From contig CAWJMG010000001.1 in assembly GCA_963843975.1 (NCBI GenBank), forward strand, positions 480,001 through 512,000: a stretch of DNA of 32,000 nucleotides. Reading direction: 5' to 3'. The notes beneath the pieces are model-generated. The model made no database searches. It had not been told where the DNA came from and saw only the letters and a list, made by a program, of their open reading frames with translations. The position numbers and the translations under genes were made by a program. Source of the DNA: an uncultured Actinomycetes bacterium. Lineage in GTDB: Bacteria; Actinomycetota; Actinomycetes; S36-B12; CAIYMF01. Positions 16,401 to 25,087 of the stretch are shown here, piece by piece. The first letter of the stretch is position 1; every line of letters starts with the position of its first letter.

Positions 16401-18161
16401 ATGACCATCTCGAAGGTCCTCATCGCCAACCGTGGCGAGATCGCCATCCGCGTGGCCCGGGCCTGCCGTGACGCCGGCATCGCGTCGGTCGCCATCTACG
16501 CCGATCCCGACCGCGACGCGCTGCACGTCAAGGCGGCCGACGAGGCGTACGCGCTCGGCGGCTCGACCGCGGCCGAGACCTACCTGGTGGTCGAGAAGAT
16601 CCTCGACATCGCCCGCACGTCCGGCGCCGACTCGGTGCACCCCGGCTACGGCTTCCTGTCCGAGAACGCCGAGTTCGCCCAGGCCGTCATCGACGCCGGG
16701 CTCGTCTGGATCGGCCCGCCCCCGCAGGCCATCCGCGACCTCGGCGACAAGGTCTCCGCCCGCCACATCGCCCAGCGCGCCGGCGCCCCGCAGGTCGAGG
16801 GCACGCCCGACCCGGTGCAGAACGCCGACGAGATCGTCGAGTTCGCCAAGGCCCACGGCCTGCCCATCGCCATCAAGGCGGCGTTCGGCGGCGGCGGTCG
16901 CGGACTCAAGGTCGCGCGCAACCTCGAGGAGATCCCCGAGCTGTTCGACTCCGCCGTCCGCGAGGCCGTCGCGGCCTTCGGTCGCGGCGAGTGCTTCGTC
17001 GAGCGCTACCTCGACAACCCGCGCCACGTCGAGACCCAGGTGCTCGCCGACCAGCACGGCAACGTCGTCGTCGTCTCGACCCGCGACTGCTCGCTCCAGC
17101 GTCGTCACCAGAAGCTGGTCGAGGAGGCGCCCGCGCCGTACCTCTCCGAGGCGCAGATCGACGAGCTCTACCGCGCGTCGAAGGCGATCGTGAAGGAGGC
17201 CGGCTACTACGGCGCCGGCACCTGCGAGTTCCTCGTCGGAGTCGACGGGACGATCTCGTTCCTCGAGGTCAACACCCGTCTGCAGGTCGAGCACCCGGTC
17301 TCCGAGGAGGTCACCGGCATCGACCTGGTGCGCGAGCAGTTCCGCATCGCCAACGGCGAGCAGCTCGGCTTCACCGACCCGCCGCTGCGCGGCCACTCGT
17401 TCGAGTTCCGCATCAACGGCGAGGACCCGGGCCGCTCGTTCCTCCCCGGCCCCGGCGTGCTCACCACCTGGAACCCGCCGTCGGGCCCGGGCGTGCGCCT
17501 CGACGCCGGCTTCACCTCCGGCGACGTCATCGGCGGCAACTTCGACTCGCTGCTGGCCAAGCTCATCGTCACCGGCGCCACCCGCGAGCAGGCTCTCGAG
17601 CGCGCCCGCCGCGCGCTCGACGAGTTCGAGATCGACGGCATCGCCACGGCGCTCACGTTCCACCGCGTCGTCGTGCGCGACCCGGCCTTCGCCACCGACG
17701 ACGCCACGCCGTTCCGCGTGCACACACGCTGGATCGAGACCGAGTTCGACAACCAGATCCCGGCGTACTCCGGCGCCCCGGCCGAGGTCGACGAGCCAGA
17801 GGAGCGGCACGCGCTCACGGTCGAGGTCGGCGGCAAGCGCGTCGAGGTCGTCCTGCCCGGCGGCATCTCGTTCGGCGGCGGCGGTCACGCGGGCCCGAAG
17901 AAGGCCCCCAAGCGCAGCGCCAAGAAGTCCGGCAGCGCGGCGTCCGGCGACTCCGTGGCCGCCCCCATGCAGGGCACGATCGTCAAGGTCGCGGTCGAGG
18001 AGGGCCAGACGGTCGCCGCGGGCGACCTCGTCGTCGTCCTCGAGGCGATGAAGATGGAGCAGCCTCTCACCGCCCACAAGGCAGGCACCGTCACCGGCCT
18101 CGCGGCCGAGGTGGGCGCGACCGTCCCGAGCGGCACGGTGCTGCTCGAGATCAAGGACTGA
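16401..18161 (+). CDS. accA3: Acetyl/propionyl-CoA carboxylase alpha subunit (biotin carboxylase + BCCP), AccA3/BccA-like
   Basis: 586 aa. [15 protein letters not shown]-terminus, an ATP-grasp biotin carboxylase body, and a C-terminal lipoyl/biotinyl domain with the EAMKME biotinylation motif. AGGAG SD upstream. Confidence 0.95.
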   Translation: MTISKVLIANRGEIAIRVARACRDAGIASVAIYADPDRDALHVKAADEAYALGGSTAAETYLVVEKILDIARTSGADSVHPGYGFLSENAEFAQAVIDAGLVWIGPPPQAIRDLGDKVSARHIAQRAGAPQVEGTPDPVQNADEIVEFAKAHGLPIAIKAAFGGGGRGLKVARNLEEIPELFDSAVREAVAAFGRGECFVERYLDNPRHVETQVLADQHGNVVVVSTRDCSLQRRHQKLVEEAPAPYLSEAQIDELYRASKAIVKEAGYYGAGTCEFLVGVDGTISFLEVNTRLQVEHPVSEEVTGIDLVREQFRIANGEQLGFTDPPLRGHSFEFRINGEDPGRSFLPGPGVLTTWNPPSGPGVRLDAGFTSGDVIGGNFDSLLAKLIVTGATREQALERARRALDEFEIDGIATALTFHRVVVRDPAFATDDATPFRVHTRWIETEFDNQIPAYSGAPAEVDEPEERHALTVEVGGKRVEVVLPGGISFGGGGHAGPKKAPKRSAKKSGSAASGDSVAAPMQGTIVKVAVEEGQTVAAGDLVVVLEAMKMEQPLTAHKAGTVTGLAAEVGATVPSGTVLLEIKD

Positions 18162-18180
18162 CCCCCGCTCGATTCCGCTC

Positions 18181-18226
18181 GTAGGGAACGCCCCCCGCCC
18201 CGGGAACGGGTGGGGGGCGCTCCTAC
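18181..18226 (+). terminator. Intrinsic-terminator-like hairpin after accA3
   Basis: GTAGGGAACGCCCCCCGCCC ... GGGTGGGGGGCGCTCCTAC forms a stem of about 18 bp with one internal mismatch. It begins 20 nt after the stop. Confidence 0.5.
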
Positions 18227-18251
18227 GTCCAGGGAGTGTGAGGATGACTCC

Positions 18252-19595
18252 ATGAGCACCCGTCGCTCGTCCACGCTCGCCCGTCTCGTCGCCGCGTCCG
18301 TGCTGGTGCTCGGGGCCGCCGTCGTCGGTGCCGGCTCCGCCGGTGCCACGACCACGTCCACCGCGCTGGCCGACGCCGCCGCTGCCTTCCGGGGTGGCGA
18401 GTCGGTGTACGTCGACCCCGCCGCCGACCCGTCGATGACCGTCGGCGAGGCCGACCAGCTGCGCGCCCAGATCCGCGACACGGGCTACCCCTTCTTCGTG
18501 GCCGTCCTGCCGGACACCGCGCTGGTCAACGGCTCGTCCTCCGACACGGTCCGCGCGCTCTACCAGGACACCGGCCTGCAGGGCACGTACGCCGCCTACA
18601 TCGGGGGCCGGAGCGGCCAGGCCTTCCGCGCCGGCGACACCGGGGTGTCGGTCAACACGATCGCCACGGTCGCCTACCGCGACAACAAGGACGCCGGTGT
18701 CTTCGCCGTGGCCAGCGCGTTCGTGACCGCCGCAGCCCCCGTCGTGGGCGGAGGTGGCTCGGGCACCGTCGACAGCGGGTCGTCCAGCTCGTCCAGCTCC
18801 CCGGGCGGTGGGGGCGGGATCCTCGCCTTCTTCGCCGTCGTGGCTGCCGCCATCGGCGGTGGCGCCTGGTGGATCAGCCGCAAGACCAAGAAGGCCAACG
18901 CCGAGCGCACCGCTGCGATCGCGCGCGTCGTGGACGAGGACGTCACGTCGTACGGCGAGGCTGTGGCTCGGCTCGACGTCGAGGACCCGCGACTCGACGA
19001 GGCAGGCCGTGCCGACGCGCAGCGCGCCCTCGACTCGTACGAGCAGGCCAAGATGCTGAGCGGCCGCATGGCCCGCCCGGAGGACGCCGGCGCCGTCACC
19101 GCTGCGCTCGAGGACGGCCGCTTCGCGCTCGCCTCGGCAGAGGCCCGGATGGACGGCCGCCCGCTGCCCGAGCGTCGTCCGCCGTGCTTCGTCGACCCGC
19201 GCCACGGCCCGAGCGCCGAGGACGTCGAGTGGGCGCCCGACGGCGGTGCCCAGCGACCCATCCCGGTGTGCCTCGCCTGCGCCACCACGCTCAAGAGCGG
19301 CGGCCTCCCGCAGGCCCGTGAGGTCGAGATGGCCGGCGGCGGCCGCGTGCCCTACTGGCAGGGCGGCCAGGCCTACGCGCCGTACGCCGGCGGCTACTTC
19401 GGCGGTGCCGGCATGAACGTCATGTCGATGCTGTTCATGGGCTCGATGCTCGGCGGCGCCTTCTCGACGCCCACCGTGATCGCCCCGACCGACACCTCCG
19501 CGTTCGGCGGCGGCGGGGGCGACTTCGGCGGTGGCGGCTTCGGTGGCGGCGACTTCGGTGGTGGCGGCGACTTCGGGGGCGGCGGCGACTTCTGA
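18252..19595 (+). CDS. Membrane protein: exported TPM/YgcG-like N-terminal domain, TM helix, Cys-containing cytoplasmic domain, Gly-rich GGDF-repeat tail
   Basis: ATG 18252 with GAGGA upstream. Signal peptide, G/S linker, TM ILAFFAVVAAAIGGGAWWI followed by RKTKK. Motifs PPCFVDPRHGP and PVCLAC. C-terminal GGGDF repeats. Family assignment is tentative. Confidence 0.65.
   Translation: MSTRRSSTLARLVAASVLVLGAAVVGAGSAGATTTSTALADAAAAFRGGESVYVDPAADPSMTVGEADQLRAQIRDTGYPFFVAVLPDTALVNGSSSDTVRALYQDTGLQGTYAAYIGGRSGQAFRAGDTGVSVNTIATVAYRDNKDAGVFAVASAFVTAAAPVVGGGGSGTVDSGSSSSSSSPGGGGGILAFFAVVAAAIGGGAWWISRKTKKANAERTAAIARVVDEDVTSYGEAVARLDVEDPRLDEAGRADAQRALDSYEQAKMLSGRMARPEDAGAVTAALEDGRFALASAEARMDGRPLPERRPPCFVDPRHGPSAEDVEWAPDGGAQRPIPVCLACATTLKSGGLPQAREVEMAGGGRVPYWQGGQAYAPYAGGYFGGAGMNVMSMLFMGSMLGGAFSTPTVIAPTDTSAFGGGGGDFGGGGFGGGDFGGGGDFGGGGDF
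19503..19592 (+). repeat. Tandem ~15-bp repeats encoding (G)nDF units at the C-terminus of the membrane protein
   Basis: FGGGGGDFGGGGFGGGDFGGGGDFGGGGDF. The DNA consists of ggcggNggcgacttc iterations. Confidence 0.8.
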
Positions 19596-19646
19596 TCCAC
19601 CCGCGCGGCGGATCGGACGGCGCTCCCCGTGGTCGATGATCGAGTC

Positions 19647-20675
19647 ATGAGCACTGCGCGCCCCTCCCGTCGTGCGGGCCTGGCTGCCGCCGCTGTCGCG
19701 GCGGCCACCGCGTCCTGCCTCGCCGCCGGGGCTTCCCCCGCGACCGCCGCCGCGCCCGCGCTCGCCCCCGCCGCCGTGACCCGCACCTCGGCGAACATCC
19801 CGGGCACGAGCTGCCCGGCGTTCCCGGCGACCAGCTACTGGCACACGGACATCTCCCGGCTGAAGGTGCACCCGCGATCGAAGCAGTGGATGTCGCACAT
19901 GTCCCCCACGCGGAAGCTGCACGCGGACTTCGGGCCGTCCTTCGGCGCGCAGCCCGTTCCCTACGGCATCCCGATCACCGTGGTGAACGGCGCTCCGCGG
20001 GTCCGCGTGACGTTCGGCTACGCCGACGAGAGCGACCAGGTGCCCTACCCGCTGTCGACGTCGACCAAGATCGAGGGCGGCGCGACGGCCACGGGAGACC
20101 GGCACGCGATCGTGGTGGATGCCGCCACCTGCACGCTGTTCGAGACCTGGGACACCCACAAGCGCACGGCCGGCTGGTACGCCGGCAGCGGCGCGGTGTG
20201 GAACCTGAGGTCGAACCTGCTGCGCCCCGCAGGCTGGACGTCGGCCGACGCCGCCGGGCTGCCGATCCTTCCCGGCCTGCTGCGGTACGACGAGGTCGCC
20301 GCCGGCAAGGTCGACCACGCGATCCGCTTCACCACGAACGTCACCGACCGGCACTGGCTCTGGCCGGCGCGGCACCAGGCCGGCTCGGTGAGCAGCGTGG
20401 CCTACCCGCCGATGGGCGCGCGGTTCCGGCTGAAGGCGTCGTACAACATCAGCGGCTACCCGGCGCAGGCGCGCGTGGTGCTCACGGCGATGAAGAAGTA
20501 CGGCCTCGTGCTCGCCGACAACGGCAGCCCGTGGTTCTTCCAGGGCACGTCCGACACCCGGTGGAGCAGCGACCTCGTGAGCGCCCTGGGCCGCGTGCCG
20601 GCCTCGGCCTTCGAGGCCGTCGACGTCCTGCCCATGCGCGTGAACACGAGCAGCGGCGCGGCCAGACAGCTCTGA
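19647..20675 (+). CDS. Secreted hypothetical protein with twin-arginine-like signal peptide
   Basis: MSTARPSRRAGLAAAAVAAATASCLAAG signal, then a ~300-aa globular domain (GDRHAIVVD, VDHAIRFTT, WPARHQAG, LADNGSPWFFQG). I cannot name the family. An alternative GTG start exists at 19629. Confidence 0.65.
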   Translation: MSTARPSRRAGLAAAAVAAATASCLAAGASPATAAAPALAPAAVTRTSANIPGTSCPAFPATSYWHTDISRLKVHPRSKQWMSHMSPTRKLHADFGPSFGAQPVPYGIPITVVNGAPRVRVTFGYADESDQVPYPLSTSTKIEGGATATGDRHAIVVDAATCTLFETWDTHKRTAGWYAGSGAVWNLRSNLLRPAGWTSADAAGLPILPGLLRYDEVAAGKVDHAIRFTTNVTDRHWLWPARHQAGSVSSVAYPPMGARFRLKASYNISGYPAQARVVLTAMKKYGLVLADNGSPWFFQGTSDTRWSSDLVSALGRVPASAFEAVDVLPMRVNTSSGAARQL

Positions 20676-20762
20676 CCGCGCCGCCGCACGTTTCCGCCCC
20701 AAAGGGTCACGAAGCGCCCTTCAGGGGCACTCCCGCGACCATTTCTCGGGGTCGGGTCGCAC

Positions 20763-21752
20763 TCAGGTGGTGCCCGCGGGCATGGGGGCGAACGCCCACG
20801 GCGCCACCTTGTAGACCGCACCCGGCCCACCGGTGAGCGGCATCGAGCCGACGACCAGCATGCCGTTGCCGATCTCGACGTCGGTCGGGAACGGGACCGA
20901 GGCAGCCTCCATGCCACCAGCGCCGATCTTGAAGATCGCACCCGCGAAGATCGACGACGCGTAGATCGTGCCGTCGCCCGCGACCGCGATACCGGTGAGC
21001 GGCGGCAGGCCGCCCCACGTCTGCACGATCTGCCCGGTGTGGCGGTTCACCTTGTAGATGTGACCCTCCACCTCGGCGCCGAGGCCCGAGACGTAGAGGA
21101 ACCCGTCCGGCCCGATCTCGACGTCGGTCGGCACCGGGTCGCACGAGGTGTCGCCGTTGTTGTTGAGCTGGCAGCCCTCGGCCTGGAAGGTCGGGAACAC
21201 GGTGAGGGTGCTGACCTTTCCGTGCCGCACCGAGAGCAGGTCGTTCGCACCGGCGTCCGCGACGATCGTGCGGCCGTCGAGGGCGAGAACGGAGTACGGG
21301 TTGGACTGCGAGTCCGGCGCGTTCGGGTTCTGACCGTCGGGGTTGTTCGCGACCTCGTAGGCGAGAAGGTCCGCGAGCTTCCAGCTCTTGCCGGCCTGGT
21401 TGACGCCGATGAGCGACGTCGGCAGCGGCACGGCCGGGTCGCCGATCGAGAGCGTGGCGACGATGTTGCCCTTGCGGCCGACGTCGACGCCCGGGACGGG
21501 CTGCGAGCCCTGGAACAGCGTGGTGCGCACGCCGGTGCGCAGCTTGATCTTCTGGATGGACGCCGTGAACGCGTCCGCGACGTACAGCGACTTGCCGGGG
21601 CCGAACGCGAGGTGCAGCGGCGACGCGAAGTCGCCGCCGATCGGCGTGAGCGCCGGTGCGGGCGCGGCCGAGACCGCGGGAGAGGCCGCGAACGTGGCGG
21701 CCGCGAGGGCTGCCACCGACAGGCCGATGGCAGCAGTACGACGACGAGACAT
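20763..21752 (-). CDS. Secreted beta-propeller protein (NHL / ScyD-ScyE-like)
   Basis: ATG 21752 preceded by GAAGGGGA. Signal peptide MSRRRTAAIGLSVAALAAATFAASPAVSA. Repeated short blade-like motifs (LYVAD, IVADAGANDL, GFLYVSG, GTIYASS). Confidence 0.7.
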   Translation of the reverse strand: MSRRRTAAIGLSVAALAAATFAASPAVSAAPAPALTPIGGDFASPLHLAFGPGKSLYVADAFTASIQKIKLRTGVRTTLFQGSQPVPGVDVGRKGNIVATLSIGDPAVPLPTSLIGVNQAGKSWKLADLLAYEVANNPDGQNPNAPDSQSNPYSVLALDGRTIVADAGANDLLSVRHGKVSTLTVFPTFQAEGCQLNNNGDTSCDPVPTDVEIGPDGFLYVSGLGAEVEGHIYKVNRHTGQIVQTWGGLPPLTGIAVAGDGTIYASSIFAGAIFKIGAGGMEAASVPFPTDVEIGNGMLVVGSMPLTGGPGAVYKVAPWAFAPMPAGTT

Positions 21753-21821
21753 GCAGATCCCCTTCATTGGCACCCCGGGGACGCCGTGCGGCTCCCCGGG
21801 CCGTACCCCCCTCGGGCCTGC

Positions 21822-21837
21822 CGGGTGGATCCACCCG
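21822..21837. promoter_or_regulatory. Perfect 16-bp palindrome CGGGTGGATCCACCCG upstream of the propeller gene
   Basis: Read directly from the sequence. Located 70-85 nt upstream of the ATG at 21752, in the gap after the lpdA-like stop. Confidence 0.3.
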
Positions 21838-21988
21838 TGGCGCGACGCGACGGACGCTAGCCCCGTAAGGGCAGCCTCACGTCAGGATTCGGGCAACGAC
21901 CCGAGGCTGCGGGGAGCAAACCGCCCGAACCGGACACGGCTCCGTCGGAGAGTGGCTGCACGACTGCGTAGCGCGACCTTCGGCCGCG

Positions 21989-23375
21989 TCAGGCGTGGGT
22001 GTGGAGCTGGCGGGCGGCCTCGGCGATCGAGCCGGACAGCGACGGGTAGACGGTGAACGTCGCTGCCACGTCGTCGACGGTGAGGCGGTGCTTCACCGCC
22101 ATCGTGATCGGATGGATGAGCTCGGAGGCCTGCGGGGCGACGACGACGCCACCCACGACGATGCCCGTGCCCGGGCGGCAGAACAGCTTCACGAAGCCGT
22201 CCGAGAGCCCCTGCATCTTGGCGCGCGCGTTGGTCGCGAGCGGCAGCTTCACCACGCGCACGTCCTCGGCGCCGGAGTCGAGATCGGCCTGGGTCACACC
22301 GATCGTGGCGATCTCCGGATCGGTGAAGACGTTGCTCGACACCGTGCGCAGGTCGAGCGGGTCGACGGCGTCGCCGAGCGCGTGCCACATCGCGATGCGG
22401 CCCTGCATGGCCGCGACCGACGCGAGCATGAGGACGCCGGTGACGTCGCCCGCGGCGTACACGCCCCGTGCCGCCGTGCGCGAGACGCGGTCGACGCGGA
22501 TGTAGCCGGAGTCGTTGAGCGTGACGCCGCTCTCGACCAGGCCGATGCCCTCGGTGTTGGGCAGCGATCCGACGGCCATGAGCACGTGCGAGCCCTCGAC
22601 GGTCGAGCCGTCGGCCAGCGTGACGACGACGCCGTCGGCCGTGCGCACGGCGGACTGCGCGCGCGAGCGGCCGAGCACCTGCATGCCGCGGCGTGCGAAG
22701 ACGTCCTCGAGCACCTGTGCGGCGTCGGGGTCCTCGCCCGGGAGCACGTGCTCGCGCGAGGAGACGAGGACGACCTCGGAGCCCAGCGCGTTGTACGCCG
22801 ACGCGAACTCCGCACCGGTGACGCCCGAGCCGACCACGATCGAGCTTGTCGGGCAGCACCTCGAGGTCGTAGACCTGCTCCCAGGTGAGGATGCGCTCGC
22901 CGTCCGGCTCGGCGCCAGCGACGATGCGCGGCCGGGCACCGGTCGAGACGAGGATCGCGTCGGCGGGGAAGGCCTGCTCGGAGCCCGAGGCGTCGCGGGC
23001 CACGACGACCGAGGGTCCCTCCAGTCGGCCGAGGCCCTTCACGACCCGCACGCCCTCGCGACCGAGCCGTGCCTCGATGTCGGCGGACTGCGCGGCAGCG
23101 AGCCGCTTCACGCGCGCGTTGACCTCGCCGAGGTCGACCGAGACCGCGGCCGCGCCGCCGCCGGCGATGCGGACGCCCAGCGGGCCGGAGTCGGCGGCCG
23201 AGGTCATGAACTCGGCCGTGGCGATGAGGGTCTTGCTCGGCACGCAGTCGGTGAGGACGCACGACCCGCCGAGGCCGTCGCGGTCGACGACGGTGACCTC
23301 GGCCCCGAGCTGGGCCGCGACCAGGGCCGACTCGTAGCCACCAGGGCCGCCACCGACGATCACCACACGCGTCAT
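21989..23375 (-). pseudogene. lpdA: LpdA-like NAD(P)H-quinone/pyridine-nucleotide-disulfide oxidoreductase, interrupted by a +1 nt frameshift near 22841 (or a sequencing error)
   Basis: 178 codons from ATG 23375 (MTRVVIVGGGPGGYE, CVLTDC) are in one frame. The remaining 283 codons (IVVGSGVTGAEF ... YPSLSGSIAEAARQL) are in another. The span is 1387 nt, that is 462 codons plus 1. Confidence 0.7.
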
Positions 23376-23404
23376 GGCGCCCATCATTCCGCACGCCGCT
23401 TCGT

Positions 23405-23410
23405 TACCCT
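23405..23410 (+). promoter_or_regulatory. Candidate -10 hexamer TACCCT, 6 nt upstream of the GGCT-like GTG
   Basis: TACCCT-cacggt-GTG. No SD in the spacer. Confidence 0.4.
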
Positions 23411-23416
23411 CACGGT

Positions 23417-23866
23417 GTGACCCTGTACGCGGCGTACGGCAGCAACCTCGACCCGCTGCAGATGCTGCTGCGCGCTCCCCACTCCCCCGTGCGCGGCACG
23501 GGATGGCTCCAGGGCTGGCGCCTGACCTTCGGCGGCGAGTCCCTCGGCTGGGAGGGCGCGCTCGCCACGGTGGTCGAGGAGCCCGGCACGCAGGTGTTCG
23601 TCGCCCTGTACGACCTCTCACCCGCAGACGAGGCCGCCCTCGACGAGTGGGAGGGCAGCGACCTCGGGCTGTACGACAAGATCCGAGTCCGCGTCGCCAC
23701 CCTGGACGGCGACGTCACCGCGTGGCTGTACGTCGTCGACGACTACGAGGGCGGGCTGCCGTCCGCGCGCTACCTCGGGATCCTCGCCGACGCCGCGGAG
23801 GCCGCAGGAGCCCCCGACGACTACGTGCACGACCTGCGCACCCGCCCGTGCACGAGCACCGGCTGA
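23417..23866 (+). CDS. Gamma-glutamylcyclotransferase (AIG2/GGACT-like) family protein
   Basis: 149 aa. LYAAYGSNL N-terminal motif and YDLSPADEAALDEWEG core, typical of the GGCT fold. Confidence 0.75.
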   Translation: MTLYAAYGSNLDPLQMLLRAPHSPVRGTGWLQGWRLTFGGESLGWEGALATVVEEPGTQVFVALYDLSPADEAALDEWEGSDLGLYDKIRVRVATLDGDVTAWLYVVDDYEGGLPSARYLGILADAAEAAGAPDDYVHDLRTRPCTSTG

Positions 23867-23876
23867 GGCGACCACC

Positions 23877-24941
23877 TCACCCAGGAAGCCGCTCGGAAGC
23901 CTCGGCATCCTCGGACAGCTGGCTGGGTGAGGTACGTCGTCGGGGGCGCCCGGTGCGCCAGAGGCTCCACAGCAGCGCGACCGTGCCGACCAGGGTCAGG
24001 ACGATCACTGCGCCCAGCAGCACGAGGAAGAACGGGCCCTCGCCGCGCACGCCGGGATCGAGCGGCACGAGCACGGCGTACAGCGCGACGGCGGTGACCG
24101 GCACGAGCGCCAGCGGTCCGAGCCGACGCAGCGGGACGCCGGCCGGCCATTCGGCTGCGATCGCCGTACGGCCCGCGGGCGGCTCGTGCCTCGACAGGCG
24201 GCGCAGGGAGAACCACGCCAGCGCGAGCAGCGGCCCGAGCACGAGCGGAGCCCAGGGCAGCGACGGCAGCACCATCACCGCGCCCCACACCGCGAGCACG
24301 GCCACGGAGACGATCGCTCCCCAGCGCGAGCGCAGGTCGCCGTCGCGCAGCGGCACGCGGTCGGCGAGGAGGTAGCCGAGGATCGCTGCCGCGGACACGA
24401 TCGCCACGAAGACGGCGTACGACGCGAGCCCGGGGACGACGGGATCCTCGCGCTGGTCGGGCGCCGCACCCCACCAGCCGACCGACCAGGCGCCCCAGGC
24501 GAGCCCGATGACGGCGCACATCGCCCAGGCCCGCAGGCCGCCGAGGCGCAGCACCTTCGGCAGCAGCCACCAGCCGACGACGACCGTGAGCATCCCGTGC
24601 CACGCGACGCCGGTCCAGATGAGCGAGAACGGCAGCTGCTGGTAGACCGTGGCCGCGACGACGCCCTCGACCAGCCAGCCGTAGAGCGCACCGAGGATCA
24701 CCAGCCCCGGCAGCCCGCGGACGGGGAAGCGCCGCGCGACCCGCAGCACCACGCCGACGACGAGCGAGTATGCGAGCCACGTGATGACCCAGCCGAGCAC
24801 GGAGTCCTCGGCGCGGAAGGTCGACCAGAACCCGACCTCCGACCACGCCCACGACACCGCTCCGAGGGCCAGCACGAACAACGTCGAGCGCCCGCGCCGA
24901 AGCCGCGGCATCGCCGGCGCCTCCACCAGGTCCTGACTCAT
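23877..24941 (-). CDS. Polytopic membrane protein, function unknown
   Basis: About 9-10 Trp/Leu/Val-rich hydrophobic helices. Start is either ATG 24941 or ATG 24911; the latter has a GGAGG 9 nt upstream. Confidence 0.6.
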   Translation of the reverse strand: MSQDLVEAPAMPRLRRGRSTLFVLALGAVSWAWSEVGFWSTFRAEDSVLGWVITWLAYSLVVGVVLRVARRFPVRGLPGLVILGALYGWLVEGVVAATVYQQLPFSLIWTGVAWHGMLTVVVGWWLLPKVLRLGGLRAWAMCAVIGLAWGAWSVGWWGAAPDQREDPVVPGLASYAVFVAIVSAAAILGYLLADRVPLRDGDLRSRWGAIVSVAVLAVWGAVMVLPSLPWAPLVLGPLLALAWFSLRRLSRHEPPAGRTAIAAEWPAGVPLRRLGPLALVPVTAVALYAVLVPLDPGVRGEGPFFLVLLGAVIVLTLVGTVALLWSLWRTGRPRRRTSPSQLSEDAEASERLPG

Positions 24942-25075
24942 GAGCCGAGTGTGTCCGGCGGCTGCCCCGCCGGGGAGGGGGTCGATCCCCCAACCACCCC
25001 TGACCGCGTCCCGGACCCGCGGCGACGTGACGCAGGAATCTCGGTGCACGCGCGCGGGGGCAGGGCGCAACTGGG

Positions 25076-25081
25076 TAGCGT
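25076..25081 (+). promoter_or_regulatory. Candidate -10 hexamer TAGCGT, 6 nt upstream of the punA GTG
   Basis: TAGCGT-cgcatc-GTG. No SD in the spacer. Confidence 0.4.
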
Positions 25082-25087
25082 CGCATC

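Noticed and set aside
19500-19595. G-rich plus-strand repeat (runs of GG/GGGGG) as a potential G-quadruplex.
   Set aside because: Most tracts are only two Gs long and lie inside a CDS in a genome where such density is common. There is no basis for claiming more than weak two-tetrad potential.
16263-20702. A 1479-aa uninterrupted ORF on the minus strand, the longest in the window.
   Set aside because: It runs antisense to three well-supported plus-strand genes (accA3, the TPM-like membrane protein and the secreted protein). Its translation is Arg/Gly/Ala/Pro/His low-complexity with no recognisable domain. This is the classic stop-codon-poor shadow frame of a high-GC genome.
20676-20762. Possible bidirectional terminator between the convergent secreted-protein and propeller genes.
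   Set aside because: Only short stems are present: 4-6 bp GCCC/GGGC and GCGACC/GGTCGC with a 14-nt loop. These are too weak to call.
21882-23621. A 579-aa ORF that could be read as one intact long oxidoreductase.
   Set aside because: Only residues 83-260 are protein-like (MTRVVIVGGG...LPDKL). The N-terminal 82 aa and everything after the frameshift at about 22841 are Arg-rich nonsense. The true C-terminal half is in the frame of ORF 21989..22939.
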